A stretch of DNA of 64,000 nucleotides from a virus: the IMG/VR virus record IMGVR_UViG_3300031111_000002, positions 3,535 to 67,534 of that record. One strand, written 5' to 3'. Position numbers and translations under genes: made by a program. The notes under the pieces are model-generated. The model had not been told where the DNA came from, did not search any database, and worked only from the letters and a program-made list of their open reading frames with translations. This document shows, piece after piece, positions 8,901 to 19,900 of this stretch. Position 1 is the stretch's first letter; the number at the start of each line of letters is the position of its first letter.

Positions 8901-10577
8901 ATGGCCGGCTACATTAAAGGGAAATTTCTCAAACAGGGTGACGTGAACGGCGATCGCCTTACCGACACTACCGTCGCAGACGGGAAAATGATTGAAACGT
9001 ATCTCAAGCAGAGCGAGGTTGACGATACTTCTCTTGAATTCACTACCGATCTTCATATCAAAGACGGTGGCGTTACTTCTGCAAAGATCGCAGAAAACGC
9101 GGTTGGTGCAACCGAACTGAATGAGGCAGGCAACTACAACATTACCGGTACCCTACAGTACAATGGTAAGGAAGTTGCAACGGCCGATCAAATCAACGGT
9201 CTCCGTGGTAAGCAGAGCGTTATCTGCATCAGTGATTCGGACATCGCTCTGAGCGGCGTCCCGGCAAACGTTGACGGCGTTACCGACCTCGCTGATGGCA
9301 ACCGGATCCTCCTAATCGACCAAACCGATGGTACCGAGAATGGTATCTGGGAAGTCAGGACCGGTTCGTGGACTCGTCCCGCAGACTTCCCGACCGGAGG
9401 CGATGCTGCTGCTGCATACTGTTGGGTGCAGCGTGGTGACACTTATGTTGAGCAGGGGTGGCGTTGTACTGATGATACCGGTTCCGCAATTATTGATACT
9501 GATGCATTGACCTTCACCCAGTGGAACGGCGCTGGTGGCCTGACTGGTGGTTCCTGTATCAACATTACCGGGAACAAGATCTCTGCTGATCTGACTGTAG
9601 ATGGCGGTCTTGAGGCTTCCGATGGTACCGACAACGCCACCATTCAGGTAAAGGCTAGTGCTACTACCGGTGGTCTGACCAAGGATTCAACCGGTGTCCG
9701 CGTAAAAGGTACCGCGAGCGTATCCATGCCTACCGGCGGCGGAGATCTTCTCAAGATCCATCAAACTAACACTGATGAAGCTACCGGTCAGCGTATAGGT
9801 CTTAGAGTTCAGACCGATGGTTCCAGCAACAAAAACGACATCGCAATTCTTGGTATCTGCACCGACGAAGATGCAGCCGCTGCTGTTGTTGGTTATAACA
9901 GCGCCCTGGAAGCCTGGGGTAATCTGGCGGATAAGAACGGAGTAGGTGGCACGTTTGGTCGTGCTGGTGTTGGTCTTGTAGACATCGTAGATTCGAGCAA
10001 ACTTATTACCGCTAAGAACTCTGACGACTACGTTGTCATGGATCTTGGTAACGGTACTATGACTCTGCGCGATGCGACATCTGGCGAGAACGTCACGATT
10101 GAGCTCGACGGACCCAACGGTAACCTCAAGCTCGGTGGCGAGATCACCAATCTTGCTGGTAGCGGTGAAGCTGCGATTAAGTTTGTGCCCGGAGATTCCG
10201 GCCTGACTTCCGACGATACCAACGATGCGATCCGCGAAGTCAAGGGTCTGGTAGATAATGCTGTTGGTGAGATTCTTGATGGCGTGTTGATCGACGGCAC
10301 TGCTTACAGCAACGGGTATGTTGATCTTGGTTTCACCAATGATCCTTCCAGCCCGAGAGTTGTGCGTGTCAATCCTGATGGCGGTGTACCTCTCAACAAC
10401 CATGCTCGCATCGGTTCCACTGGCGCTAACTACCACTTCCGTATGGGAGACACGAACAAGAAACGCCTGTACTTCCGCAACGTGAGCGGCGTTGGCGGCG
10501 ACTTCGCTGGCGGGGCTTCCGGTGTTACCGAGGTTCTTTCCACGAACGACGTTATCTTCGCTGAAGTACTTGCATAG
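8901..10577 (+). CDS. Fibre protein (capsid/neck or tail fibre)
   Basis: Gly/Thr/Asp-rich; IKDGGVTSAKIA repeat; DGVT..DGNRILLIDQTDGTENGIW..WTRPADF fibre domain. Confidence 0.75.
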   Translation: MAGYIKGKFLKQGDVNGDRLTDTTVADGKMIETYLKQSEVDDTSLEFTTDLHIKDGGVTSAKIAENAVGATELNEAGNYNITGTLQYNGKEVATADQINGLRGKQSVICISDSDIALSGVPANVDGVTDLADGNRILLIDQTDGTENGIWEVRTGSWTRPADFPTGGDAAAAYCWVQRGDTYVEQGWRCTDDTGSAIIDTDALTFTQWNGAGGLTGGSCINITGNKISADLTVDGGLEASDGTDNATIQVKASATTGGLTKDSTGVRVKGTASVSMPTGGGDLLKIHQTNTDEATGQRIGLRVQTDGSSNKNDIAILGICTDEDAAAAVVGYNSALEAWGNLADKNGVGGTFGRAGVGLVDIVDSSKLITAKNSDDYVVMDLGNGTMTLRDATSGENVTIELDGPNGNLKLGGEITNLAGSGEAAIKFVPGDSGLTSDDTNDAIREVKGLVDNAVGEILDGVLIDGTAYSNGYVDLGFTNDPSSPRVVRVNPDGGVPLNNHARIGSTGANYHFRMGDTNKKRLYFRNVSGVGGDFAGGASGVTEVLSTNDVIFAEVLA

Positions 10578-10590
10578 TCAAAGTTTGTAA

Positions 10591-10614
10591 GCCGGGGGGC
10601 TTCGGCCTCCCGGC
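10591..10614 (+). terminator. GC-rich hairpin with cUUCGg tetraloop (terminator or stabiliser)
   Basis: GCCGGGGGGC-TTCG-GCCTCCCGGC after the fibre gene; no U-tract. Confidence 0.55.
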
Positions 10615-10671
10615 AACCCCAAGAAACGTGTTCTGAAGGACATTATGTAAGAAGACGCAAAGGGAACGACA

Positions 10672-11046
10672 ATGAATAAGTGCGACGAGCACGGAGAAAT
10701 GATAAGGGAATTAGCGAAAGCTGGCGCTCACATTGAAATGATTAAAGAACAAGTTTCTGAAGCGGCAACGAAGGTCACTGGTCTTGCCGAAAAAGTTGAG
10801 CGTCTGGTTGGACGCCTTGAACCTGCATTGATCGGCATTGACAACCTCGTCGCTCACCAAAGGAATACCAGCGAAACGGTTTCGAAAATCAAACTTGAAA
10901 CGAAAACCGTGCAAGAAGATTTGCAGACCTACAAAGACGAACACAAGAACACTCATAACGTTCTTCGGTGGGCTGTTACTGCTGTAAGCGGAGGTGTGTT
11001 GCTCACGATGGTTATGATCTTCGCTAAAGCGTTTGGATTGCTTTGA
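10672..11046 (+). CDS. Coiled-coil protein with C-terminal transmembrane helix (XhlA/holin-like)
   Basis: Heptad-rich N-part followed by WAVTAVSGGVLLTMVMIF. Confidence 0.55.
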   Translation: MNKCDEHGEMIRELAKAGAHIEMIKEQVSEAATKVTGLAEKVERLVGRLEPALIGIDNLVAHQRNTSETVSKIKLETKTVQEDLQTYKDEHKNTHNVLRWAVTAVSGGVLLTMVMIFAKAFGLL

Positions 11047-11047
11047 T

Positions 11048-11536
11048 ATGCCATATACCGACAAAGAAAAAGTTTTGCTGTTCTTGAACCGTTTGAAGGC
11101 TCTTACGGTGGACGAAGAACTAGAACCGCTGCCTTATCTTGATATTGATGGTCTGATCGGGCAGGCGACTAATATCGTAAACCAGTCCGTAGGACAGCGG
11201 TACAAATTACCGCTTCCGGAAACCTTGCCTTCAGAACTCGGGATAATCGAAACGATCACTACCATTATCGCTGCGAAGTTCACGTGGGAAAGCTGGTATG
11301 CGGAACGACAGAAAGCCCAAACACCAAAACCGTTGAGCGAATACTGGAAATGGGCTACGGCGACTCTCGAGAAGATCGCCAAAGGCGTTAAGGGATACGA
11401 ACTCATTTCCCCGGACATCGAACTCAAGGACGAAACGCCCGGGATGGCAGCAATCCTAAACAACACGACCGAAGCGGATCTCAATCTTTCGAGATCTGCA
11501 TTCGCAAGTGATCCTGTATTGGAAGGTGACTTTTGA
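11048..11536 (+). CDS. Head-tail adaptor (Mu gp36/DUF1320-like)
   Basis: MPY start, RYKLPLP and LEKIAKG motifs. Confidence 0.75.
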   Translation: MPYTDKEKVLLFLNRLKALTVDEELEPLPYLDIDGLIGQATNIVNQSVGQRYKLPLPETLPSELGIIETITTIIAAKFTWESWYAERQKAQTPKPLSEYWKWATATLEKIAKGVKGYELISPDIELKDETPGMAAILNNTTEADLNLSRSAFASDPVLEGDF

Positions 11537-12045
11537 AAATTACCCTGATTGGAATGGATCGAACCAGAGAGAATATCGGGCGCAGAGCACCGAGACACTT
11601 TCGAGATTTGACCGTTCCGCTTAAAAGGGTTGAAGCATATATGATCGGCGAGTCGATAAGTAAAAATTTCAGGGAGGGCGGTCGTCCAAAACGGTGGGCG
11701 GCTTTGTCAGGTGCGACGGCAACGATCAACCCAAGGCGGCAAGGGGGGAAACCTCTACAGGATACTGGCGCTCACATCAAGAATCGTATTACTGGCAAAA
11801 TTGAGGGTGGCTACCGTCTCGTAATAGGTGCTGGTGGAAAGATCCCTACCATTCAACAAAAGGGCGCGAAGATCAGGGTTACGCCAGCTATGAGAAAGTT
11901 TCTTGCGGCAAAGGGGATATATCTGAGCGCGACGACAAAGGAAATCAAGATCCCTGGTCGCCAGTTCATTCTCTTTCAGCCTGAGGATATCGGCGCAATA
12001 AACAAGATATTCCGCGATTGGTCAAGAAATTACAAGGGTGTGTGA
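11533..12045 (+). CDS. Virion morphogenesis/tail completion protein (Mu gpG/P2 gpS-like)
   Basis: NFREGGRPKRWAALS.AT, LQDTG and IPGRQFI motifs. Confidence 0.8.
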   Translation: MKITLIGMDRTRENIGRRAPRHFRDLTVPLKRVEAYMIGESISKNFREGGRPKRWAALSGATATINPRRQGGKPLQDTGAHIKNRITGKIEGGYRLVIGAGGKIPTIQQKGAKIRVTPAMRKFLAAKGIYLSATTKEIKIPGRQFILFQPEDIGAINKIFRDWSRNYKGV

Positions 12046-12046
12046 C

Positions 12047-12508
12047 ATGATTGAACCTGTTGTTATACGTGAAGCGATAGAGAACTATTTGAAGAACCAT
12101 CCCCGTTTACAATCAAACGGTGAAATTGAATATAAGGGGAAAACCGTTGAGGCGATGGAAGTCAAGAAGTTCGAGGGATTCCCTTTTTCCGAATGGCTTG
12201 TAGGCATGGTTCCATCATTGCACGTGTATTACGACACTGAAACGCTTGGTAGGTTTTCAACCCAACGTAGGCAAACTGGGCTTGACCTTTACGTTTCAGC
12301 AGTCACCGCCTGTTCAACAAGACAAAAGTCGATGGACAAAACTGCGGCGTTAGCAAAAATCGTACAGCGTTGCCTTGAAGAAGAAAGTTGCCCATACCGA
12401 CCTGAAGTAGTTAGAATAAAATACGATGCAGCAAGAACGGATGACAGGTTTCTGATAGTCGGGGACGTGTCGATAAAAATCCTTTACTTTGAAACGCGAG
12501 ACAAATAG
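12047..12508 (+). CDS. Putative tail terminator
   Basis: Size and position just before the tail tube gene. Confidence 0.55.
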   Translation: MIEPVVIREAIENYLKNHPRLQSNGEIEYKGKTVEAMEVKKFEGFPFSEWLVGMVPSLHVYYDTETLGRFSTQRRQTGLDLYVSAVTACSTRQKSMDKTAALAKIVQRCLEEESCPYRPEVVRIKYDAARTDDRFLIVGDVSIKILYFETRDK

Positions 12509-12516
12509 GAGGCCAA

Positions 12517-14028
12517 ATGAGTTTTTTCGGTTCTGAAGGACGAGTTGCAATGAGAAAAGAGGCGAGTTACCCGACGAAGGATTCTATCTTTCCGACAACC
12601 GGTTTTAAGCCGGTGGAGCTCACCGCTGAAAATGTAGGTATCGAACAGGGATTTGTATCCCTCCAGACTTTGCGAGGAACGAACGTCCCTTCGGACGAAG
12701 TTCCCACGATTCTCCGCGCGGAAGGCGATAGCCTTGGCGTGGTCTATGCCCCTGAAAACGGCATCGGTAAAATCCTCGAGGGCGCGTTCGGTAAGCATAC
12801 GGCTTATGAGGGCGTTTACGTTCCCAAGGAAAACCTTGGATGGTCGGATGGAGCTACCACTGAATTCACCGCGTCCAATGCTCCAGCTACCACAGCCGCT
12901 CCGGAACGTCTTTACGTTGACGGTGTTCTGGTAGACGCTGGCGATTACGCATGGGACGAAGTGCTTGCCAAGGTCACTTTCAACACGGCTCCTGCAGTCA
13001 CCGAACTGATGGCCGCTGCAACCCCGGCTGCAAACATGTCTCTCGACACTCAGCCGGCTGGTAAATCGTGGCTCCAGTTTGTTGTCACCGCTGGCGCGGT
13101 TGATGTCGATGGTATCGTCACTGTTACTGGTAAGCGAAACGGCGTTCGTAACATTTCTGAAAACATTGACGTTTCTGTCCTTGCAGGTCAGACCAAGACG
13201 TATGAATTGACTGGCAAGTTCAGTGAAGTGAACGCGAACGGGATCGACGCTTCTGACATCATCGCTGGCGACACAGAAACCATTTCCGTGAATAAGGTTC
13301 TGAAGATCGAACTCCAGTACTTCCGATACGTGAGCGGCCTGTATTCGCATGTCTTTGAAGAGGCGCAGCCGGGTGAGAGTCTTCCGTCTTACGCAATGAC
13401 TGAAGACCGCGTGGTGCATGGTGGCGTGTTTGGCTGGAACGGTGTCATGGTCAACGAACTCAGCATGACTATCAACACTGATGGCTTCATCGTTGGAGAT
13501 GCTGCTATCATTGGTATGCGCGAGTTCACCAATACCGAGGATGACATTGAATATCCTACCGGGTTGACTTATAGCGATCTCAAACCATTCCTGTTCAGAG
13601 GAACCAATCTCTACCTCAACGACGAACTGAACGTCGATATGGAGAGTTTGGAATGGAGCATGAACAACAACCTTGAAGGTCGTCCTACGATTTCTCGGAC
13701 GAACTACATCACGAAGATTCGTCGCGGCTCCCGCGAGATCGAAGTGAATCTCAGCAGACTGTTTGAAAACATGGAGCTCTACATGGCTTTCAAAACTGCA
13801 GAGAATGTCTCCATCATCACTGACACCCTTGGTGAAGAAGTTGTGTCCATCCCGGGCGAGTACTATCACCTGATCGTTGAGATGCCGAAACTCCGACTGA
13901 CGGAAAACACTCCGGGTCTTGACGCTTCTTCTGAAGCCGTTGAGGAACCGACTGCGAAAGCACTTCCGGATCCAGTTGAGAATTACGCCATCCGCGTTGT
14001 TGTGGTGAACACTGAAAGCGGCATTTGA
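12517..14028 (+). CDS. Major tail tube protein with inserted Ig-like domains
   Basis: Tube-like N- and C-parts (G.MVNELSM, NNNLE, G.REIE) with a central DG.TTEF..YVDGV..VTF..AP insert; strong RBS. Confidence 0.75.
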   Translation: MSFFGSEGRVAMRKEASYPTKDSIFPTTGFKPVELTAENVGIEQGFVSLQTLRGTNVPSDEVPTILRAEGDSLGVVYAPENGIGKILEGAFGKHTAYEGVYVPKENLGWSDGATTEFTASNAPATTAAPERLYVDGVLVDAGDYAWDEVLAKVTFNTAPAVTELMAAATPAANMSLDTQPAGKSWLQFVVTAGAVDVDGIVTVTGKRNGVRNISENIDVSVLAGQTKTYELTGKFSEVNANGIDASDIIAGDTETISVNKVLKIELQYFRYVSGLYSHVFEEAQPGESLPSYAMTEDRVVHGGVFGWNGVMVNELSMTINTDGFIVGDAAIIGMREFTNTEDDIEYPTGLTYSDLKPFLFRGTNLYLNDELNVDMESLEWSMNNNLEGRPTISRTNYITKIRRGSREIEVNLSRLFENMELYMAFKTAENVSIITDTLGEEVVSIPGEYYHLIVEMPKLRLTENTPGLDASSEAVEEPTAKALPDPVENYAIRVVVVNTESGI

Positions 14029-14498
14029 TGGCAGATCCAGTCCTGACAATATGGGACGAAGACGGGGCGGCTCAGGTCTATTCCATTACCTACGGGCAAG
14101 TGGAAGAAGGATTTGAGTCTTCCCCTTTGGGTCTTCGCGTCTATAACAACAAAGACGGTGATCCAGATATCGCAGATGCCGAGAACGTGCGACTTTGCGC
14201 TGTAGACGACCATACTGTTCAACCTGTGACGTATGATAATACGATGGTTAAGGATGGCTGGATGGAAGCCATGTTCCTTGACTACGACGGTAATCAATTC
14301 TTTGATACCTTCGGCAAGTTGGGCGGAGCGTTGGGATTGTTGAAAAAGTGGTTTGACTACAACAACTCGGTTATCGAAGGATCTTCCGGAACGACGGAAA
14401 CCCATTATGCTTCGTTTCAAATCAAGGTTGTAGTTCCAGCGGAAACACCAAGGGGGACGTATCTTGGATCGCCAGTTGTCGAATACACAGTTTCGTAG
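14028..14498 (+). CDS. Hypothetical tail protein
   Basis: Coupled ORF with acidic, beta-rich composition. Confidence 0.65.
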   Translation: MADPVLTIWDEDGAAQVYSITYGQVEEGFESSPLGLRVYNNKDGDPDIADAENVRLCAVDDHTVQPVTYDNTMVKDGWMEAMFLDYDGNQFFDTFGKLGGALGLLKKWFDYNNSVIEGSSGTTETHYASFQIKVVVPAETPRGTYLGSPVVEYTVS

Positions 14499-14871
14499 AT
14501 TGCTTTCTGGATCAAAATGGGAAATCCATTTCGATTCTGGTGAAGTGGTTTTGGAGGATCTTCCGGGTCACTGGAAATCTCTTTCAGACAAAGACGTTGT
14601 TTGTGGAGAAACGATCTGGCTAGTCAAGAATCCCTGTAATCGAGTTGTTGTAAAGAGTGGTGAAATGGTTGTTGCCGAGGTCAAGTGCGAGAGTTCATCT
14701 GAAAGACCTTTCTTCAGACGTGTTTTTTCTCACATTCCGGCCTTCGGCAAAACCATTCTCAATTGCATAGAAATTGGAACCGTGAACGAAGAATCTCGGA
14801 TGATCTCTATCACTACGATAGACCAGATGATGAGAATATCGAATAGGAGTTTTAGCTTTGCTCGGGAGTGA
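14464..14871 (+). CDS. Hypothetical protein
   Basis: Fills the gap in the tail operon, overlapping its neighbours. Confidence 0.5.
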   Translation: MDRQLSNTQFRRLLSGSKWEIHFDSGEVVLEDLPGHWKSLSDKDVVCGETIWLVKNPCNRVVVKSGEMVVAEVKCESSSERPFFRRVFSHIPAFGKTILNCIEIGTVNEESRMISITTIDQMMRISNRSFSFARE

Positions 14872-16291
14872 ATCAAGGGCTGCAATTTGCATCGAACCTG
14901 AAAACGATCCACTATTCGGACTGGCTCCACTGACTGACTTGGTGGAGTTTCTGTCTGTCGATCCTCAAGAAACGAACAATGATTCCTTCCCGTATCCAAT
15001 CGGTGGATTCCAAGGTATGCGTGAAGATTTCAGAGGGTCTACCGATATCTCCTTAGGTTCGTCCTGTCCGTTCATTCCTTACAACGGAGTCGATGTTCTG
15101 TTGGCCGGCTTCATGGGATCTGGACAAGTGATCGCCGGTAAGACAGTATTTATGGAATTGCTCGGGACTGGTACTGGATTACAAACTTCGTTCCCATTAC
15201 TTCAGGCGCCTTCGGTTGATGTCGTTGACGTTACGGTAGACGGTGAACTTGAAAACCGTTATTCGGTACCTTTGCTAGATCGAGCATATTGCATGAATGA
15301 ATTATCTCTTGCAACCCAGCCCGAAGGCATCCCGGGCTATTTGTCTGTCGTGGTTGAAGCCGGATCTGAACCAGTTAACTCCAGCTTTTCATTGACCGGG
15401 ATAGACGAAGAAGGTGAGGAAATTTCGGATGTTCTAAATTTCAACTTGGCCTCGTTGGAAACCGGTATCCAAAACACGTCCAAGCGATTCGCTTCGGTGG
15501 ACGCGAAAGGTATCAGTTGCGGAGGCGCAAATGATTGTAGAATATCTGTTTATCAAAAACCAAAGTATACGGTCGATACCTACTCTATTTCATTCTCATT
15601 CCCTCCACCGGACGGATCGAAAATCAGATCGAGTTATGTTGTCAGCGATCCTGACCTGTATACTCACGTTCTATTTCCTTCTCAGAATGGCAAGACGATA
15701 TCTGTAGCGGCGGAAGAAACTGGCCGGGTTGTTCGGTACAACCGATGCCACTACGAAGGCTTCAGCGTCAACCTCGAGCCTGATAGTGCTTTGACTGCAG
15801 ATGTTTCGTTCCAAGCCAAAACCAAAACCTATGAAACTTCATTGCCGACATTACCGGCTCTTGAAGAATTGAAAGGTCTTTCCATTTCATCCGCCTACAT
15901 AGTCATGGGATCAGAAGAATATCCTGACATGGAAACGCTTCAGGTCAATATGCTTAGAGGTATCAATCGGGTTCCGGACGTATCTGATCAGCCGATATTG
16001 AACTACACTACGTTTTCGGTTGACGCAGAATGCACTCAAACGCTTGACAGCACTGACATATCTGGACTTTATGAAAACCGTGAGAAGTTCTTCTTTGCCT
16101 TGGTCGTTGATTTGTCAGACGGTCGATCTGTGATGTTCCAGTTCCCAAGAACATACGTGCAAATATATGCTTCACCGATTGATGGAAGTTCTCACGTTGA
16201 ACTCACCTATACTTTAAGCATGTTGTATAACGGCGCTTTTGCGGATAAAATGAAAGTACTAATGGTTTCAAAGAAACTAAATATACTCTAG
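14858..16291 (+). CDS. Second tail tube paralogue (minor/base tube)
   Basis: Alignable by eye to 12517-14028 (GSE.R, P.NG...L.G..G, SL.TQP.G, F..V.A.GI, LY.HV). Confidence 0.7.
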   Translation: MLGSESRAAICIEPENDPLFGLAPLTDLVEFLSVDPQETNNDSFPYPIGGFQGMREDFRGSTDISLGSSCPFIPYNGVDVLLAGFMGSGQVIAGKTVFMELLGTGTGLQTSFPLLQAPSVDVVDVTVDGELENRYSVPLLDRAYCMNELSLATQPEGIPGYLSVVVEAGSEPVNSSFSLTGIDEEGEEISDVLNFNLASLETGIQNTSKRFASVDAKGISCGGANDCRISVYQKPKYTVDTYSISFSFPPPDGSKIRSSYVVSDPDLYTHVLFPSQNGKTISVAAEETGRVVRYNRCHYEGFSVNLEPDSALTADVSFQAKTKTYETSLPTLPALEELKGLSISSAYIVMGSEEYPDMETLQVNMLRGINRVPDVSDQPILNYTTFSVDAECTQTLDSTDISGLYENREKFFFALVVDLSDGRSVMFQFPRTYVQIYASPIDGSSHVELTYTLSMLYNGAFADKMKVLMVSKKLNIL

Positions 16292-16300
16292 GAGGGCTAC

Positions 16301-16651
16301 ATGAAGTACAAAAACAAACTGATGGCAAGCAGCAAACCGAGGATCGAAGTCGAATACGAAGGCGAGAAGTTTTGGCTCAAGCCGATGTCTTTTGGCGCAG
16401 CGTGTAATGCGTTGTCCAATGCACTGAAGACTGACGAGAATGGTGAGAAGCCAAGGTTCGACGCTGGTGAAAACAACCGGGCGAAAATCAACGACTCGCT
16501 TCTGGACTGGACTCTGAAGGACGAAGAAACCGGTAAGAAGATCCCGATTTGTCCGGAAACCATCGCGGATCTCGACGAGGATTGCGCTTCCGAATTGGTC
16601 AAACGATTGGCCAAGAAAGAGAAGAAGAACGAAGAAGAACTGGGAAACTGA
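16301..16651 (+). CDS. Tail assembly chaperone (gpG-like)
   Basis: Lies before the tape measure gene; ends at slippery site G GGA AAC TGA. Confidence 0.8.
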   Translation: MKYKNKLMASSKPRIEVEYEGEKFWLKPMSFGAACNALSNALKTDENGEKPRFDAGENNRAKINDSLLDWTLKDEETGKKIPICPETIADLDEDCASELVKRLAKKEKKNEEELGN

Positions 16652-16920
16652 GACGAGAGGCGGCTGACTCATACTCGGCCATGCTTGCCGGTAGGCGTCT
16701 CCCGAAGTTGTCGAAAAAAACCGGGTACCACTTCAAAATGTATGAACTTATGAAAAGTTTTCCCGGCATTCCTCCGTCTGTTTGGATGCAAGAAGAAAAC
16801 ATGGAAGTACAAGCACTTCTTGTGATCGAAGATGAAGTGAAGAAGTATACAGAACAAAAGGCCAAACTAGACGAAAAGGAAATTAAAAAGAAGACCAAAA
16901 AGGGGCGCAAACGTGGCTGA
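16642..16920 (+). CDS. -1 frameshift extension of tail chaperone (gpGT-like); slippery site GGGAAAC 16642-16648
   Basis: XXXYYYZ heptamer immediately before the stop; -1 frame stays open to 16920, overlapping the TMP start. Confidence 0.8.
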   Translation, partial: GKLRREAADSYSAMLAGRRLPKLSKKTGYHFKMYELMKSFPGIPPSVWMQEENMEVQALLVIEDEVKKYTEQKAKLDEKEIKKKTKKGRKRG

Positions 16921-19900
16921 AGATATTCAAATAGTTGTATCGGCAAGGGATGAAGCCTCTCAAACCCTAAAAAGAATAGACCAAGATGGATTACAGAGCA
17001 TGGCAACCTCGGCAACCCAAGCCGGGGTTGCCCTTTCTGCTTTTGCAGCCGGTGGTGCTTTGGCGATCAGAAGCGCTGCAGATAGTTTCATTTCGTTTGA
17101 AACCGGTCTTAATGAAGTCAACACTCTGTTGAGCGAAGGTTCCAAACCGATTTCCGAGTTCAAGAACGAATTGCTTGACCTTTCGACCCGCGTTCCGGAT
17201 TCTCTCAAGAATCTTACAGGCGGTTTGTACGATATCATTTCAGCTTCTGTCGATAGTGCTGAAGCAATGGGCGCACTTGAACTTGCATCCAAAGCGGCAG
17301 TCGCTGGCATATCAGATACGAAAACTGCAGCCGATCTTGGAACCACTGTAATGAACGCCTACGGCAAAGAAGTTGGGGAACTAGAAAATATCTTCGACAT
17401 TGTTTTCACGACGATTAAAAAAGGTAAGACTACATTCCCTGAACTTGCACAGTCTATGGGTAGGATACTGCCGTTCGCAACCGCTACTGGAACAAGTTTT
17501 GAGGAAGTATCGGCGGCTCTTGCTACGCTTACGAGAAGTGGTATACAAACCCCTATTGCCGCAACCGCTATCGGAAGTGCTCTCGGAGGTCTACTTAAAC
17601 CGACAAAGGGCGTTCAAGATGCCATGAAAGCACTTGATGTAAATCTTAAAGACACAAGTGGAAACTTCATCGGACTTGTTGAGTTGGTAAAACAATTCAA
17701 AGAAAAAAATCTTACTCAAGAAGATATTGCAAAACTGTTCCCAAACAAAAGGGCTCTTACTGGCATATTGACTTTGATGAAGCAATATGACGGTTTCTTA
17801 GTTGACGTTGCTGCGGCACAAAATGCAACCGGCGCTACTGCTACTGCATTCGACAAAGTAATGGCTGGTTTAGGTCCTACGTTTGATCTTTTGAAAAACA
17901 ATCTAAAGGTTCTTACCCTGACCTTTTTTGAAGATCTTGTTCCAGCTTTTCAAAAGTCAGCGGTTGTGATTACGAGCGCTACCAAAGTGCTTCAAAGTAT
18001 ACCGGCTCCAATACGAAAGATTATAACAATCGGCGCCTCACTTTCAGTCATTCTTGCCGGTGTTAGTGGAGCATTCCTTCTTCTTGTTGGTCGTATCCCG
18101 ATGATCGTTTCCGGTATGAAGTTGCTTGCGTCCGCTTTTGCATTTATTCCTACTCTTGCTAGTATTCTCACTACGGCAATCGCTCCGATAAGTCTTGCGT
18201 TGCTTGGACTGATCCCGGTTGCCCTTGCTGTTTATGGTGCTTTCAAGAACTGGGATGCAATCAAAAACGTATTCAAGAATCTGGTATCCCAAGCCGGTAG
18301 TGCAATACAATACCTCGAGCAAGCATTCTGGGCATGGATCGACGAAATACGAAACATGTCTTTCACGTTGGGTTCGATTTTTACTACTGCCTTTGTTCAG
18401 GTTAAGGATGTTGTTGAAGCTGGTATGGCGGTTATCACAGCCGCTATGGGTGGTAACTGGGAACTAGCTTTATTCCACCTTCGCGATTTCTGGGAAAAAT
18501 TCAAACGCCTCATGAGTACGTCGTGGGCTGCAATCAAAGAAATACTTTCAGATCCTGAACTTCTTTCCAAATTCGTTGCCGCGTTGAAAATCGGTTTCCA
18601 AAAGGCGACTCCCGTAATCCAAAAACTTCTTAGTGAAGGTTTTAAGAAGGCTATGAAAGCGGCGTCTACAATACTCAAAGCGTCTGGCGGGACGATACTT
18701 GATGTCATGGAATCCGTACTTAAAGCCCTTCCCGGGATCATAAAAGACGGCGGCTCACTGGTCATTGCTGCATTCAAAACGTTATGGTCGATTGTAACTG
18801 GAACACAGATTGATTCAGGTCCTTTGTCGTCAACGATTTCTGAGTTGTTTACTCGGTTTAAGGCGATCATTGCTGAGAATGCACCGCCTATTAAACAAGC
18901 CATAAAGGATCTCATTGTGGAAGCGTTTGGGGAAGACGCTCTCATAAATATCACGATATTCAAAGACACTGTCTACGGGACGTTGACTGACATAAAAAAT
19001 TTTTTCACAAGCGATGCCGGTGGTTTTGCGATTTTCAAGGAAACCGTTACTACAACGCTGGCGGATTTGAGGATCGAACTTGAAGCGTTGAAAATCTTTT
19101 TCACTCCATTGAAGGACGCAATTGTCACCACTTTCAATGAGATTGACGACTTCTTGACAAAACAGGATGGTATTGAGATTCTTCGTGAAACCTGGAACGA
19201 AACTATTGAAGATATCAAGACAGGTCTTGAAGTTATCGGCGGGCTTGTTACCGGAGGCTTGATAACTAAGGGTGCTTTGGCTTTAGGAACTTCTTTAGCA
19301 ACTATAGGCGCTACTGCAACAGCCAGTACTGCCACCGTTGCAGCTACAGGTGCAGCCGCTACAACCGCATTGACTACTGCTGGCGCTGCAGGCGCAACCG
19401 CTGCGACTGGAATTGCCGCTACTGGAACTGCAGCCACAGGAGTCCTATCTACCCTCGGACCTGCTGCCGCTTTAGTTGGTGCTGGTTTTGCTGGTTGGAA
19501 AGCCGGTGAAGCGTTGAACGAAGTTCAAATCGGATCTCGCAAAGCGAAGGATTATATCACAGATTTCTTTACGGCAATTGGAGCAGGCGGAACCTACGCT
19601 ACCGTTTCTTTGAGGGATACGTCCGCCGCTGTGCAGCAACAGGGCGAAGCGGTTAAAGAGGTCGCGGAGAATGCTAAACAAGTTGAAACCGCGTTGAGAA
19701 CCGCAGATCTCACATTGCCTCCGCCGGATTTCACTTCCATCGACGCTGGGCTCGCACAGCTCAATACGTCTGCACAAGCGGCGTTTGAAAAAACGAAAGC
19801 AACCGTCCGGACATCCATCGCTGAAATAAACCAAGCGATAAGGACTGGTCTTTCTGGCGGTAATCCATTCGCTGAACTTCCGAACCAAGCATCCACTGCT

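Noticed and set aside
12484-14049. 521-aa ORF antisense to the tail tube gene (also 4395-5351, 9687-10436, 26904-27626)
   Set aside because: Shadow ORFs arising from codon bias of well-expressed sense genes; no RBS or recognisable motifs
19290-19470. Ala/Thr-rich repeats in the tape measure gene
   Set aside because: Ordinary low-complexity TMP sequence
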